Positions 26,488 to 35,700 of a stretch of 64,000 bases of DNA are shown here, piece after piece. This DNA comes from Candidatus Entotheonellaceae bacterium (GTDB lineage: Bacteria > Tectomicrobia > Entotheonellia > Entotheonellales > Entotheonellaceae), in the NCBI GenBank assembly GCA_965238075.1, contig OZ250173.1, forward strand, positions 1,824,001 to 1,888,000, in the 5' to 3' direction. Position numbers and translations under genes: made by a program. The notes under the pieces are model-generated. The model saw nothing but the letters and a program-made list of their open reading frames with translations, searched no databases and was not told the origin of the DNA. How positions within the stretch are numbered: position 1 is the first letter of the stretch; the number at the start of each line of letters is the position of its first letter.

Positions 26488-28941
26488 CTACTCGCGCATC
26501 TCGGCGCCCAGTTCGGCGGCGGTGCGCTCCTGGATGCGCCGGTACAACACGCGCACCTCGTCCTCGGTCAAACTGCGGTCGTCGGCCTGGAACGTCAGCG
26601 CATACGCCAGGCTCTTCTTGCCGGCTGGAATCGGCTCACCGACATACAGGTCGAAAAGCGTCACCTCGCGCAGCCACTCGCCGCCGGCAGTGCGAATGGC
26701 ATCCTCGACGGCCTGAGCGGGCAAGTCGTCGTCAACCACCAGCGCCACGTCCTCCAGAACGGCCGGGAAGCGCGAGATGGGCTGGTAGCGCCGCGGTTGG
26801 CGACGCGCCAGCAAGAGGTCGAGATTCAGTTCCAGCATGGCCACCGACCGGTCCGCCAGATCGAACCGCTCGCAAACCTGCGGGTGCACGTCACCGGCGA
26901 TGCCGAGCGGCTCGCCGCCGATGGACAGAGCAGCGGTGCGCGCCGGATGCAGGACGGCGTGCGTGGCGGCGGCAAAGCGCACCTGCGGCACGTTAAGGCG
27001 CTGCATCAGAATATCGATAATGCCCTTGAGGTGCGTCCAGCCGAACCGCGGCGGCTCGTCGGCGTCGTGCCACGAACGGGGCAGCAGCGGGCCGGTGACG
27101 GCAATACCGAGATAGCGCTGCTCCAGCGGCAGTTCCTCCCCGGCCTGCGGCCAGTACACCCGCCCGATCTCGAACAACGCCATGCGCTGGCGGTAGCGCC
27201 GGTTCGTGCTCAGGGTTTCCAGCAGGCTGGGCAGCAGCGATTGCCTCAGAAGCTGGCGCTCCTGGCTGATCGGGTTGGCCAGGCTGATGTAATCCTCGGC
27301 CAGCGCCGCCGGCCCCTCGGCGCGGGCGCGGTTGATGCTTTCCAGGCTGGACAGGGAGTACGAGAGAATTTCGGTCAGGCCGCAGCCGACCAGAATGTCG
27401 CGGGTCTGCTCCAAACCCTCCAGGTGGGGCTGCGAGCGCTGCGGCGGCAGCACGTCCCGGATCAGCGTCGTCGGGATCGCATCGTAGCCGTGGATGCGGG
27501 CGATTTCTTCAATCAGGTCGGCAGGCTCGGACACGTCGAGCCGGCGGCTCGGCACAGCGACTTCAAGACAAGTGTCGCCGTTCTCGTGATGCGTCGTACA
27601 GCCGAATTCCAGAGAGGTCAAAATCCTCGTCGTGTCGGCAGGGCTGAATTCCATGCCCAGGATGCGCGTGACCTCCGCCGTGCGCAGTGTGATGGTCTTG
27701 GGGCTCGGCGGCGCCGGGTAGGTATCGGCGATCTCGGGGTGCAGGGTGCCGCCGCCCAGGGTCTCCATGAGCCGCGAGGCGCGCAGCAGGGCCGGGACCG
27801 TCAGGTCGGTGTCCACCCCGCGGCCAAAGCGCTGCGCCGCCTCGCTGTGCAGGCGCAACTGTTGCGAGGTGCGGCGGATATTGACAAAATTGAAATTCGC
27901 CGACTCCAGAAAGATGTGCCGGGTGCCCTCGGTCACCTCGGTCGCCGCGCCGCCCATGACGCCGGCAAGGGCGATGGGGCCGGAGTCATCGGTGATCAGC
28001 AGCATGTCGGTGGTCAGCTGGCGCTCGACGCCGTCCAAAGTTTGCATCGTCTCGCCCCGGCGCGCCCGCCGCACCACGACGCCGCCCTGCAGCGTCTCGT
28101 AGTCGAAGGCGTGAAGGGGCTGCCCCGTTTCGAGCATAACGTAATTGGTGATGTCCACGATATTGTTGATCGGGCGCTGGCCGGCGACCTGCAGGCGCCG
28201 CTGCATCCACGGCGGAGAGGGCTGGATGGTGACGTTCTCGATCAGGGAAGCCGAGTAGCGGGCGCACAGGTCGGCGTCGGAACTGGCCACGGAGCCATAC
28301 GCGGTGGCAGCGGCATGGGGTCCGGCGGCGGCATCGGCAGGCCCGGCGCGCCAGGGCTGGCCGGTGAGGGCGGCGATTTCCCGCGCCAGCCCGATAATGC
28401 AGTTGGCGCGCGCCAGGTTGGGTGTCAGCTCGACGTCCAGAACGGTGTCCCCCAGCGCGTTCGTTAACGGCTGTCCCACCGGCAGGTCGGGGTCGAGAAT
28501 GATCACGCCAGTGTGATCATCGGACAACCCCAGCTCCTTTTCCGAGCAGACCATGCCGGCCGACTCCACGCCGCGGATGCTGGTGCGGCTGAGTGTCTGG
28601 AGGCGCGGCGTCTCGCTGTATCCGTCCCGTAGCCGCGCGCCCTCGACCGCGAAAGCCACCTTCTGCCCGCAATCACCCGGCCTCAGGTTGGGCGCCCCGG
28701 TTACCACCGTCTGGGGCTCGCCTTGCCCGTAAGCCACCGTCGCCAGCACCAGCCGATCGGCGTGCGGATGGGCGATGACGTCCATCACCTCGCCGACGAA
28801 CAGCTTGTCGCGCTGCCAGTCGGCCCCGATATGCTCGACCCCGCCCACCTCCAGGCCGGCCATCGTCATGCGGTCCACGAGGGTGTCGAGGGGTATCGCG
28901 ATGTCCACAAAATCTTTCAACCAACTCAGCGGCGCGCGCAT
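26488..28941 (-). CDS. pheT: Phenylalanine--tRNA ligase beta subunit
   Basis: HPHADRL, SAGMVCS, INNIVDITNY, DLIEEIARIHGYD, FDX-ACB C-terminus. Confidence 0.97.
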   Translation of the reverse strand: MRAPLSWLKDFVDIAIPLDTLVDRMTMAGLEVGGVEHIGADWQRDKLFVGEVMDVIAHPHADRLVLATVAYGQGEPQTVVTGAPNLRPGDCGQKVAFAVEGARLRDGYSETPRLQTLSRTSIRGVESAGMVCSEKELGLSDDHTGVIILDPDLPVGQPLTNALGDTVLDVELTPNLARANCIIGLAREIAALTGQPWRAGPADAAAGPHAAATAYGSVASSDADLCARYSASLIENVTIQPSPPWMQRRLQVAGQRPINNIVDITNYVMLETGQPLHAFDYETLQGGVVVRRARRGETMQTLDGVERQLTTDMLLITDDSGPIALAGVMGGAATEVTEGTRHIFLESANFNFVNIRRTSQQLRLHSEAAQRFGRGVDTDLTVPALLRASRLMETLGGGTLHPEIADTYPAPPSPKTITLRTAEVTRILGMEFSPADTTRILTSLEFGCTTHHENGDTCLEVAVPSRRLDVSEPADLIEEIARIHGYDAIPTTLIRDVLPPQRSQPHLEGLEQTRDILVGCGLTEILSYSLSSLESINRARAEGPAALAEDYISLANPISQERQLLRQSLLPSLLETLSTNRRYRQRMALFEIGRVYWPQAGEELPLEQRYLGIAVTGPLLPRSWHDADEPPRFGWTHLKGIIDILMQRLNVPQVRFAAATHAVLHPARTAALSIGGEPLGIAGDVHPQVCERFDLADRSVAMLELNLDLLLARRQPRRYQPISRFPAVLEDVALVVDDDLPAQAVEDAIRTAGGEWLREVTLFDLYVGEPIPAGKKSLAYALTFQADDRSLTEDEVRVLYRRIQERTAAELGAEMRE

Positions 28942-29019
28942 GCTTGCGTCCCTTATGCAGCCATGAAGCACCGAGGCACGCCTCGGCCCCCGCGATACGG
29001 CCTGTGTTGCCGGTGCGGT

Positions 29020-30069
29020 CTATCCGAATTGTTCGAGGAAGCGAAGGTCGTTGCTGAAGAAGTAGCGGATGTCGTCGATGCCGTACTTCTGCATCATGAT
29101 ACGTTCCGGCCCCATGCCGAAGGCGAAGCCGCTGAAGCGCTCCGGGTCGTAACCGCCGTTGCGCAGCACGGTGGGATGCACCATGCCGGCGCCCAGTATC
29201 TCCAGCCAGCCGGTACGCTTGCACAGGGTGCAGCCGTCACCGTTGCAGACAATGCAGTCCATGTCGACCTCGACGCTCGGCTCGGTGAAGGGAAAGTGGC
29301 TGCAGCGGAAGCGGACCTGACGCTCGGCGCCGTACATGCGGCGGGCGAAGTTGACCAGCACGCCTTTCAGATCGGCCATGGTGATGTTCTCGCCGACCGC
29401 CAGCCCCTCCACTTGGTGGAACATGATTTCCGAACGAGCAGTGATGGCCTCGTAGCGGTAGCACATACCCGGCAGAATGACCCGGATGGGGTCGGGATGA
29501 AAGGCCTGCATGGCGCGAATCTGCCCCGGCGAGGTATGGGTGCGCAACACCACGCGCTCGTCAATGTAAAAAGTGTCCCACATATCGCGGGCGGGGTGGT
29601 AGGGCGGGATGTTGAGCAGCTCGAAGTTGTAGTAGTCGCTTTCCACCTCACGGCTGTCGAATATCTGAAAGCCCATGTCGCCGAAAATGGCGGCGATCTC
29701 GCGCAGCGTCTGGGTGCTGGGATGCAACCGGCCCAGGCTCAGCGGATAGCCGGGGAGGGTCACGTCGACCCGCTCCTGCGCCAGGGTCCTGGCCAGCTTG
29801 GCCTGCTTGATCGCCCCAACCTGTGCCTCGAAGGCCGCCTCCAGAGCGCTTTTGACCTCGTTCGATACCTGCCCGACTTGCGGCCGCTGTTCCGTCGGCA
29901 GGGTTCCGATGCCCCGCATCACCTGCGTCAGCGCGCCCTTGCGACCCAGGTAATGCACCCGCCAGCCGTCGAGCGTGGTGAGGTCGCTCACTTGCGCCAA
30001 GCGCTCCAGCGCCTCCGTGTGCACCTCGCGCAACTGGTCAACCAACGGGTTCCGATCGCTCACTGACAT
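29020..30069 (-). CDS. pheS: Phenylalanine--tRNA ligase alpha subunit
   Basis: HPARDMWDTF, LRTHTSP, FPFTEPS, GFAFGMGPER. Confidence 0.97.
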   Translation of the reverse strand: MSVSDRNPLVDQLREVHTEALERLAQVSDLTTLDGWRVHYLGRKGALTQVMRGIGTLPTEQRPQVGQVSNEVKSALEAAFEAQVGAIKQAKLARTLAQERVDVTLPGYPLSLGRLHPSTQTLREIAAIFGDMGFQIFDSREVESDYYNFELLNIPPYHPARDMWDTFYIDERVVLRTHTSPGQIRAMQAFHPDPIRVILPGMCYRYEAITARSEIMFHQVEGLAVGENITMADLKGVLVNFARRMYGAERQVRFRCSHFPFTEPSVEVDMDCIVCNGDGCTLCKRTGWLEILGAGMVHPTVLRNGGYDPERFSGFAFGMGPERIMMQKYGIDDIRYFFSNDLRFLEQFG

Positions 30070-30111
30070 GCTGTTCTCCGGCTGTGAAACGGGGCTGTTG
30101 AGAGCGCGGCA

Positions 30112-30179
30112 ATTATACGCTTGACCGCAGCGCCGTGACAACGCGGACTTTTGTATTCAAGGCGATACCGGGATACAAT
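30112..30179. promoter_or_regulatory. Back-to-back sigma-70 promoters
   Basis: Minus strand TTGTCA-N18-TATAAT (30141-30112) for pheS; plus strand TTGTAT-N17-TACAAT (30151-30179). Confidence 0.5.
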
Positions 30180-30229
30180 GAGCCGTTTTTCGACCGCGTA
30201 TCGCGCACGCTTTTCAAGCGGGAGACATC

Positions 30230-30535
30230 ATGGCTGCGGACAACGAATCAGCCAAACTCACCTGTCCTTGCTGCCAGGCGACCCTGGTGGTCGATCGTGA
30301 AACGCTGCGGATCCTGTATGCCACCGAAAACCGCGTCAAAGCCGGCGGCGCCTCCTTTGAACAATCCCTGCAAGACCTGCGGGAGCGGGAGAAGCAAAAG
30401 GGCGGCCGCTTCCAGCAAGCCGTAGAAGAGGAAAAGGCGCGCAAGGCTTTGCTTGGCAAGAAGTTCCAGGAACTCCGCAAAGAGGCTGAGGAAACGCCGA
30501 CCGAGCGCCCGTTGCGCCCCTTCGACCTCGATTAG
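30230..30535 (+). CDS. Small hypothetical protein (CPCC motif, coiled coil)
   Basis: RBS GGAGA, LTCPCCQATLVVD, charged helix, ends RPFDLD. Confidence 0.75.
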   Translation: MAADNESAKLTCPCCQATLVVDRETLRILYATENRVKAGGASFEQSLQDLREREKQKGGRFQQAVEEEKARKALLGKKFQELRKEAEETPTERPLRPFDLD

Positions 30536-30546
30536 AAGCCGGACAG

Positions 30547-31728
30547 ATGACAGATGCGTTGCAAGGCGTCACGGTTCTGGAAGTATCCGGGGCCTCTCCT
30601 GGAAGCTTCTGCACCATGCTACTGGCCTGCATGGGCGCTGAAGTGCTGAAGATCGAACCGCCGGCTGCGGACAAACGGTCGGTTGCCAGCGCCTATCTGG
30701 ACCGGAACAAGAAGAGCCTGGGTCTGGACTTAGACAGCGCTGCCGGTCAGGAGATTTTGCACCAACTTGCCGGCCGCGCCGACGTGTTGGTGGAAAGCTT
30801 CAGACCCGGCGCCATGCAGCGGCTCAACGCCGACTACCCCACCCTCAGCCGGATCAATCCCCGCCTCATCTATTGCTCGCTCAGCGGTTACGGCCAAACC
30901 GGCCCGTACCGCGACCTGCCGGGCTCGGACGTGACGTACCTCGCCATGAGCGGCGTGCTGGACCTGATTGGCGAGGCCGACCGTCCGCCCGCTATCCCCC
31001 TCAATCTGATCGCCGATTACGGCGGTGCCGCCATGCACGGCGCCGTCGGCATTCTGCTGGCCTTGTACGCCCGCGGCAACAGTGGGCGCGGTCAGCACGT
31101 GGACGTGTCGCACCTTGACGCCACCCTGTCCATGCTCGCCGCCACTCCGCTGATGGTGCCGTTCTTCGACGGCGGTGTGCTACCGCGGCGCGGCCAAGGG
31201 CCCTACAGCGGTCGGTATGCGTTCTACACCACGTACGAAACGCAGGACGGGAAGTTGCTGTCGGTGGGAAGCAGCGAGCCTTGGCTGTGGAGCAACCTGT
31301 GCGAGGCCCTGGGCCGACCCGATCTGTCGAAGTATTCGCGCGGCCCCGAGCATCTGACCCGCGGCCCCACACCCGAAGAAGCCCAAGTGCGCGAAGAATT
31401 GCAGGCCGTCTTCCGGCGGCGCAGCCGCGACGACTGGCTGGCCTATCTGGCTGACAAAAACGTCTGCGTCAGTGCGGTCAATACCTTGTCGGAGGTATTT
31501 GAGGACCCGCAAGTGCAGCACCGCGGCATGCTCGTGCAGCATGAGGGCTCGGCAGGGGAGGGCCAACTCGACCGCCAAGTCGGCATGGGCATCAAGCTCA
31601 GTGACACGCCGGGCCGTTTCCGCCACTCGGCGCCGCAACCGGGGCAGCACACCGATGAGATTTTATCCAGCCTGGGATATGGTGAATCCGATCTGAAAGG
31701 CCTGCGCGAACAACGCGTGGTGGGATAG
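30547..31728 (+). CDS. CaiB/BaiF family III CoA-transferase
   Basis: GAEVLKIEPP, RNKKS, ESFRPG, SGYGQTGPY, ADYGG. Confidence 0.93.
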   Translation: MTDALQGVTVLEVSGASPGSFCTMLLACMGAEVLKIEPPAADKRSVASAYLDRNKKSLGLDLDSAAGQEILHQLAGRADVLVESFRPGAMQRLNADYPTLSRINPRLIYCSLSGYGQTGPYRDLPGSDVTYLAMSGVLDLIGEADRPPAIPLNLIADYGGAAMHGAVGILLALYARGNSGRGQHVDVSHLDATLSMLAATPLMVPFFDGGVLPRRGQGPYSGRYAFYTTYETQDGKLLSVGSSEPWLWSNLCEALGRPDLSKYSRGPEHLTRGPTPEEAQVREELQAVFRRRSRDDWLAYLADKNVCVSAVNTLSEVFEDPQVQHRGMLVQHEGSAGEGQLDRQVGMGIKLSDTPGRFRHSAPQPGQHTDEILSSLGYGESDLKGLREQRVVG

Positions 31729-31746
31729 TAGCCTGACGTCGGCCGC

Positions 31747-33114
31747 CTACTGCTCTTCAGCGATAGCCCCCTCATCGACGAGAATCAGGACTTCGGCCAG
31801 CATGCCGGCCCGGAAGCCGGGGTCGGCGTCCTCGATGGCTATCTTAACGGGGACTTTTTGCTCGCGGCGGGTGAAGAAGCGTTCAGGAGGCAGTCCCGAC
31901 ATTTCGGCCGCGGTGGTGGGGTTGATACGCGTCACGCGCCCGCGGTAGGGCTTGCCGCGTCCCAGGACGTGGGTACGATAAGCGTCGACCCAGACCTCCG
32001 CCGGGCGGCCGATACGCACGCGGCTGATGTCCGACTCCCAGACGTTGGCGGTTACATACAGGCTCTGGGGGTCATGGATGACCAAAATGGGCGGGTCGCT
32101 AGGGTCACCCGTCACCATTTCTCCGGGCTCGATCCTGTTGTAACCGACGACGCCGTCGCTCGGACTGCGCAGCACCGTTCTGGACAGCTTTAGGTCGAGG
32201 GCTTGCACCCGCGCCTTGGCTTCTTCGTGCCGCGCTTCCAGAACCTTCAGGCGCTGCTGACCCAACTCCGCAAGACGCAACTCGGTGCGCGCCAGACCCA
32301 GTGCCGCGCGGTGCTCCTCGACTTGTGCCGCGGCGCCGTGAGTATCTTTTTCGTACACCCGGATCATTTCCGGCGAATCCCCCGACGGGTAGTGCTGCTG
32401 CGTCTGCCGCACTTGCTCCTGAGCCACCGACAGTCGTGCCTGCACGCGTTCGAAGGTCATGAGCGCGGCGTCCAGACGTTCCTCCGACACAATCCCCTCC
32501 TCAAACAGGCTGCGGGTCCGTCCGAGCGCCATTTCCGTTTCGCGCAGAGCGGCCTCCTGCTCCCGCAGTCGCGCGCGGGCGGCCTCCAGACCGGCCTGCT
32601 GTTCGGCTACCATCTTGGCAATGCGGTCGCGCTGCACGTCGAGCAGCACCTGGGCGCGCTGAGTGGCCTGCTGGCTGATTTCCAACGCAGCCGCGGCACG
32701 ATCGATCTTGTACCGAGCCTGCTCGATGGCCAGCGGCAGTTCGAGGCGCAATTCCTCCATCTGCTGCGCGATACCCTCGGCAATGGCCTGCGCCTGGCGC
32801 AGTTCCGTGAGCACGTCCTCCTGATCCAGACGCACCAACACCTGATCCTTGCTCACTCTGTCGCCCTCGGTAACCAGAACCTCCAGCACTCTGGCGGTCA
32901 CCACCGGGGTGATGGCGTAGGAGTCCATTCTGACCTGCGCGTCGTTGGTGTATACATTCACCAAGCGGTCCAGGAGAAGGAATTCCTGCAAGGCCAGGCG
33001 GGAAAACCAGATCGCCCCGATGATCAGGACCACCGCGGCCATGAGCAGATACGGCCGTCCCAGGACACGGCGTATGGCCCGCACCATCGCAAACTGCCGG
33101 CCTCCCGCCCTCAT
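31747..33114 (-). CDS. HlyD/EmrA-type membrane fusion protein
   Basis: N-terminal TM, YTNDAQV, lipoyl-like EGDRV, long coiled coil, LRSPSDGVV, FRAGMLAEV. Confidence 0.85.
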   Translation of the reverse strand: MRAGGRQFAMVRAIRRVLGRPYLLMAAVVLIIGAIWFSRLALQEFLLLDRLVNVYTNDAQVRMDSYAITPVVTARVLEVLVTEGDRVSKDQVLVRLDQEDVLTELRQAQAIAEGIAQQMEELRLELPLAIEQARYKIDRAAAALEISQQATQRAQVLLDVQRDRIAKMVAEQQAGLEAARARLREQEAALRETEMALGRTRSLFEEGIVSEERLDAALMTFERVQARLSVAQEQVRQTQQHYPSGDSPEMIRVYEKDTHGAAAQVEEHRAALGLARTELRLAELGQQRLKVLEARHEEAKARVQALDLKLSRTVLRSPSDGVVGYNRIEPGEMVTGDPSDPPILVIHDPQSLYVTANVWESDISRVRIGRPAEVWVDAYRTHVLGRGKPYRGRVTRINPTTAAEMSGLPPERFFTRREQKVPVKIAIEDADPGFRAGMLAEVLILVDEGAIAEEQ

Positions 33115-33176
33115 ATCCGTCCCCCTGTCTCGTCCGCTTGGCGACTGCGTCTCGCCATCAGTCCGATACTTCCTTG

Positions 33177-33398
33177 TTAATCCAAACCATGTTCGTCGTC
33201 ATCGTCGATGTCCTCAGGGGTGGCGCGCACCAAGAAATAGACCACCGTAACCAGTCCGGCCACGAAGGCAAGGGCGCCAAACAGCAGGAAGAACATGCCG
33301 CCCAAATGCATGTGCCCACCGTTGGCGTGTACGGGCTGAGAGAATATGAGAAACAGGAAGAGGCCGATGCTGGCACTGATTTTGGCGTCGAGCCCCAC
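33177..33398 (-). CDS. Small membrane protein
   Basis: Signal-like N-terminus, HANGGHMH, TM helix, acidic tail. Confidence 0.5.
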   Translation of the reverse strand: MGLDAKISASIGLFLFLIFSQPVHANGGHMHLGGMFFLLFGALAFVAGLVTVVYFLVRATPEDIDDDDEHGLD

Positions 33399-33413
33399 GG
33401 CACCTGCCCCCGG

Positions 33414-33710
33414 CTACACGGCATCTCCGGCAATGTTCTGCGTTTCTCCCTCCTCAGGCGGACCGAACTGGATGAGGTTGCGGAGTCCGATAATGTAGCC
33501 AAAGGCAACAATGTGGGAGAGCAGCGTCAGCAATAAGCCGGCGTAGGTCAGCACCAGGTGGGTCAGCGGCGAGGTGTCCTGCATGCGGATGGTCACGTCG
33601 GTAACCAGTCCCAAAAAAACCAGTACCAACGAGCCCAGCATCAGCAAGACGATAAAGATCACACCGTTCCTCACGACAGGATGGAATTGGAGGCAAGAAG
33701 GCGAACCCAT
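33414..33710 (-). CDS. Small two-TM membrane protein
   Basis: Two hydrophobic helices; co-oriented with the HlyD gene. Confidence 0.5.
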   Translation of the reverse strand: MGSPSCLQFHPVVRNGVIFIVLLMLGSLVLVFLGLVTDVTIRMQDTSPLTHLVLTYAGLLLTLLSHIVAFGYIIGLRNLIQFGPPEEGETQNIAGDAV

Positions 33711-33837
33711 GATTGCGACGTGTGCGCCACTATATCACGACGGCGAGCGGCTATTCAATCGACAGCGGCGCGCAAAGCCTTGACCTACATTGCGTAATAG
33801 CCCCGCGCAAGGAGTGGGAGGCATTGGGGAAGCAGTT

Positions 33838-35061
33838 TTACAAGGCGGCCAGCTCCCGCGTCTCGTCAGCAAATGCCGCGGGGTCAGTCACCGGACGCCG
33901 CTGCGCGATACGCTCACGGGCAGCCTGCAGAAGGTCAGGCTTGCCGTTGATGAAGAGGGCCGCTTGCAGGAAACCATCGGCGAAGTAGAACTGCGCGAAT
34001 CCGGGCTCCAGGCTCAGGGGGCCGCGCCGCACGCACCGATGACGGACGCTCATATCGCCGATGACATCGATGTGCAGGGCGCCCATGTGGGAGAAGAAAT
34101 AGGGCAGCTCCGTGTAGGCAAGATGGGCGCCTGCCATGTTCGCGCCAGCCGTGCGGCCGTGCTGCAGCGCCACGTCGTAGTGTTCGACGCGCAGATGGCG
34201 CCCCAGGGTCGGACTGTAGTAACGCGCGATGTCACCGGCGGCGTAGATGGCATCCGCCGCCTCAAGGTATTCGTTCACCACCACACCGTTATCGACGCTG
34301 AGCCCGGCAGCAACAGCCAGTTCGGTGTTTGGGGCAATACCCACCCCGATAACCACCACGTCCGCTTCGATATCTTCGCCGCCGTTCGTGACCACCCGCT
34401 CGACACGGCCCTGCGCGCCGACGAATTGCGCCGCTGCCGTATCGGTGCGCAGCGTGACGCCCTGTTGGCTCAGGAACGACGTGATGAAGGCGCTGGTTTC
34501 GGCGTCGAGCACCAGACTCAACGGCGCCGGGGTGACTTCGATCAGGGTCGTCTGCAAACCCGATTGGGCGAACGCAGTTGCGACCTCGCAACCAATAAAA
34601 CCGCCGCCTACCACGACCGCCCGCCGCGCGTTGGCCATGGCGGCTCGCAAGGCGTCAGAATCCTCAAGGGTGCGAAGGTAATAGATGCCGTCCAGGTCGG
34701 CACCCGTTATCGACAACCGGCGCGGACGCCCTCCGGTGGCCAGCAACAGCTTCTCAAACCCCACCTCGCTGCCATCGTCGAGCGTGACGGTGCGCGTGCT
34801 CACGTCCGCCGCCGTCGCCGACTGCCCCAGAAATTGTTCCACCCGGTGGCGCTCGTAGAATCGCGGCCGGCGGAGGAACACGTCCTCTCGCTCCATACGG
34901 CCCAGCAAGTAATCCTTCGATAACGGCACACGATCATAGGGCAGGTGGACCTCGGCACCGATCAACACCAAACGCCCCGTCTTGTCGCGGCGGCGAATGG
35001 CGTCAATGGCCGCGGTGGCTGCCAAGCCGCCGCCGATGATGACGTACGGAATCCGTTCCAC
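33838..35061 (-). CDS. FAD-dependent NAD(P)H ferredoxin reductase-like oxidoreductase
   Basis: GGGLAA, PYDRVPLSK, LATG, GGGFIGCE, YAAGD. Confidence 0.92.
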   Translation of the reverse strand: MERIPYVIIGGGLAATAAIDAIRRRDKTGRLVLIGAEVHLPYDRVPLSKDYLLGRMEREDVFLRRPRFYERHRVEQFLGQSATAADVSTRTVTLDDGSEVGFEKLLLATGGRPRRLSITGADLDGIYYLRTLEDSDALRAAMANARRAVVVGGGFIGCEVATAFAQSGLQTTLIEVTPAPLSLVLDAETSAFITSFLSQQGVTLRTDTAAAQFVGAQGRVERVVTNGGEDIEADVVVIGVGIAPNTELAVAAGLSVDNGVVVNEYLEAADAIYAAGDIARYYSPTLGRHLRVEHYDVALQHGRTAGANMAGAHLAYTELPYFFSHMGALHIDVIGDMSVRHRCVRRGPLSLEPGFAQFYFADGFLQAALFINGKPDLLQAARERIAQRRPVTDPAAFADETRELAAL

Positions 35062-35185
35062 AGGGACGTTCCTTTGCACTGGAGTGTTGGAATCGCTCGA
35101 TACGAGGTGAGCCTGTACCATACGCAGCAGGCCGAAAACGTGTCAATATCACCCCTGCAAATTCGTCCGTTCAGGTCTGTCTGGA

Positions 35186-35648
35186 CATGCTAGCCGGGAT
35201 AGGCTAGAGTGCGCCGCACAAACATGGCGGGTCTCCGTCTGTCCTACATGCCCAGTATTGAGCCAACGCCATAACGGTCTTACCTTACAGCCACTTCAAA
35301 ATAGATGTTTATGGCTGGCCAGAAATCCCGCCATGTAGGTCGTCTACCATGATAGATTCATGTTCATGGATGAAGAACTGTAAACTCATGTTGCAATTGG
35401 ATGTCCACAACCAGATTACTGATGAATACTGATCAGATAATTGAGGCCCAATAAGACGTAGCTCCATATTTGTTGTGTCCCCCTTGTTGTACGTAGTCCC
35501 GTGAAACCCTCACAATACCTGGAACTTTCGTGCAGAATTTGCTCATTTTGTCATTCACGAAGGTTTTTCTCAATCTGTGGAAAAGCTCAGAGTCATAACG
35601 TGCCGCCTTGGGATGGTTATTGACAAAATGTCTCTGTCGGAATATACA
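35186..35648. other. Candidate replication origin / dnaA regulatory region
   Basis: AT-richer gap upstream of dnaA; consensus box TGTGGAAAA (=TTTTCCACA) at 35576-35584, degenerate ATGTCCACA at 35401-35409 and TCATTCACG at 35551-35559; 8 CATG sites at 35186-35390; TTGACA at 35620. Confidence 0.5.
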
Positions 35649-35700
35649 GGCGTGTTTCGTACCTGCACGGGAAGGAAGGCGACTGTATAGGGGTATCACG

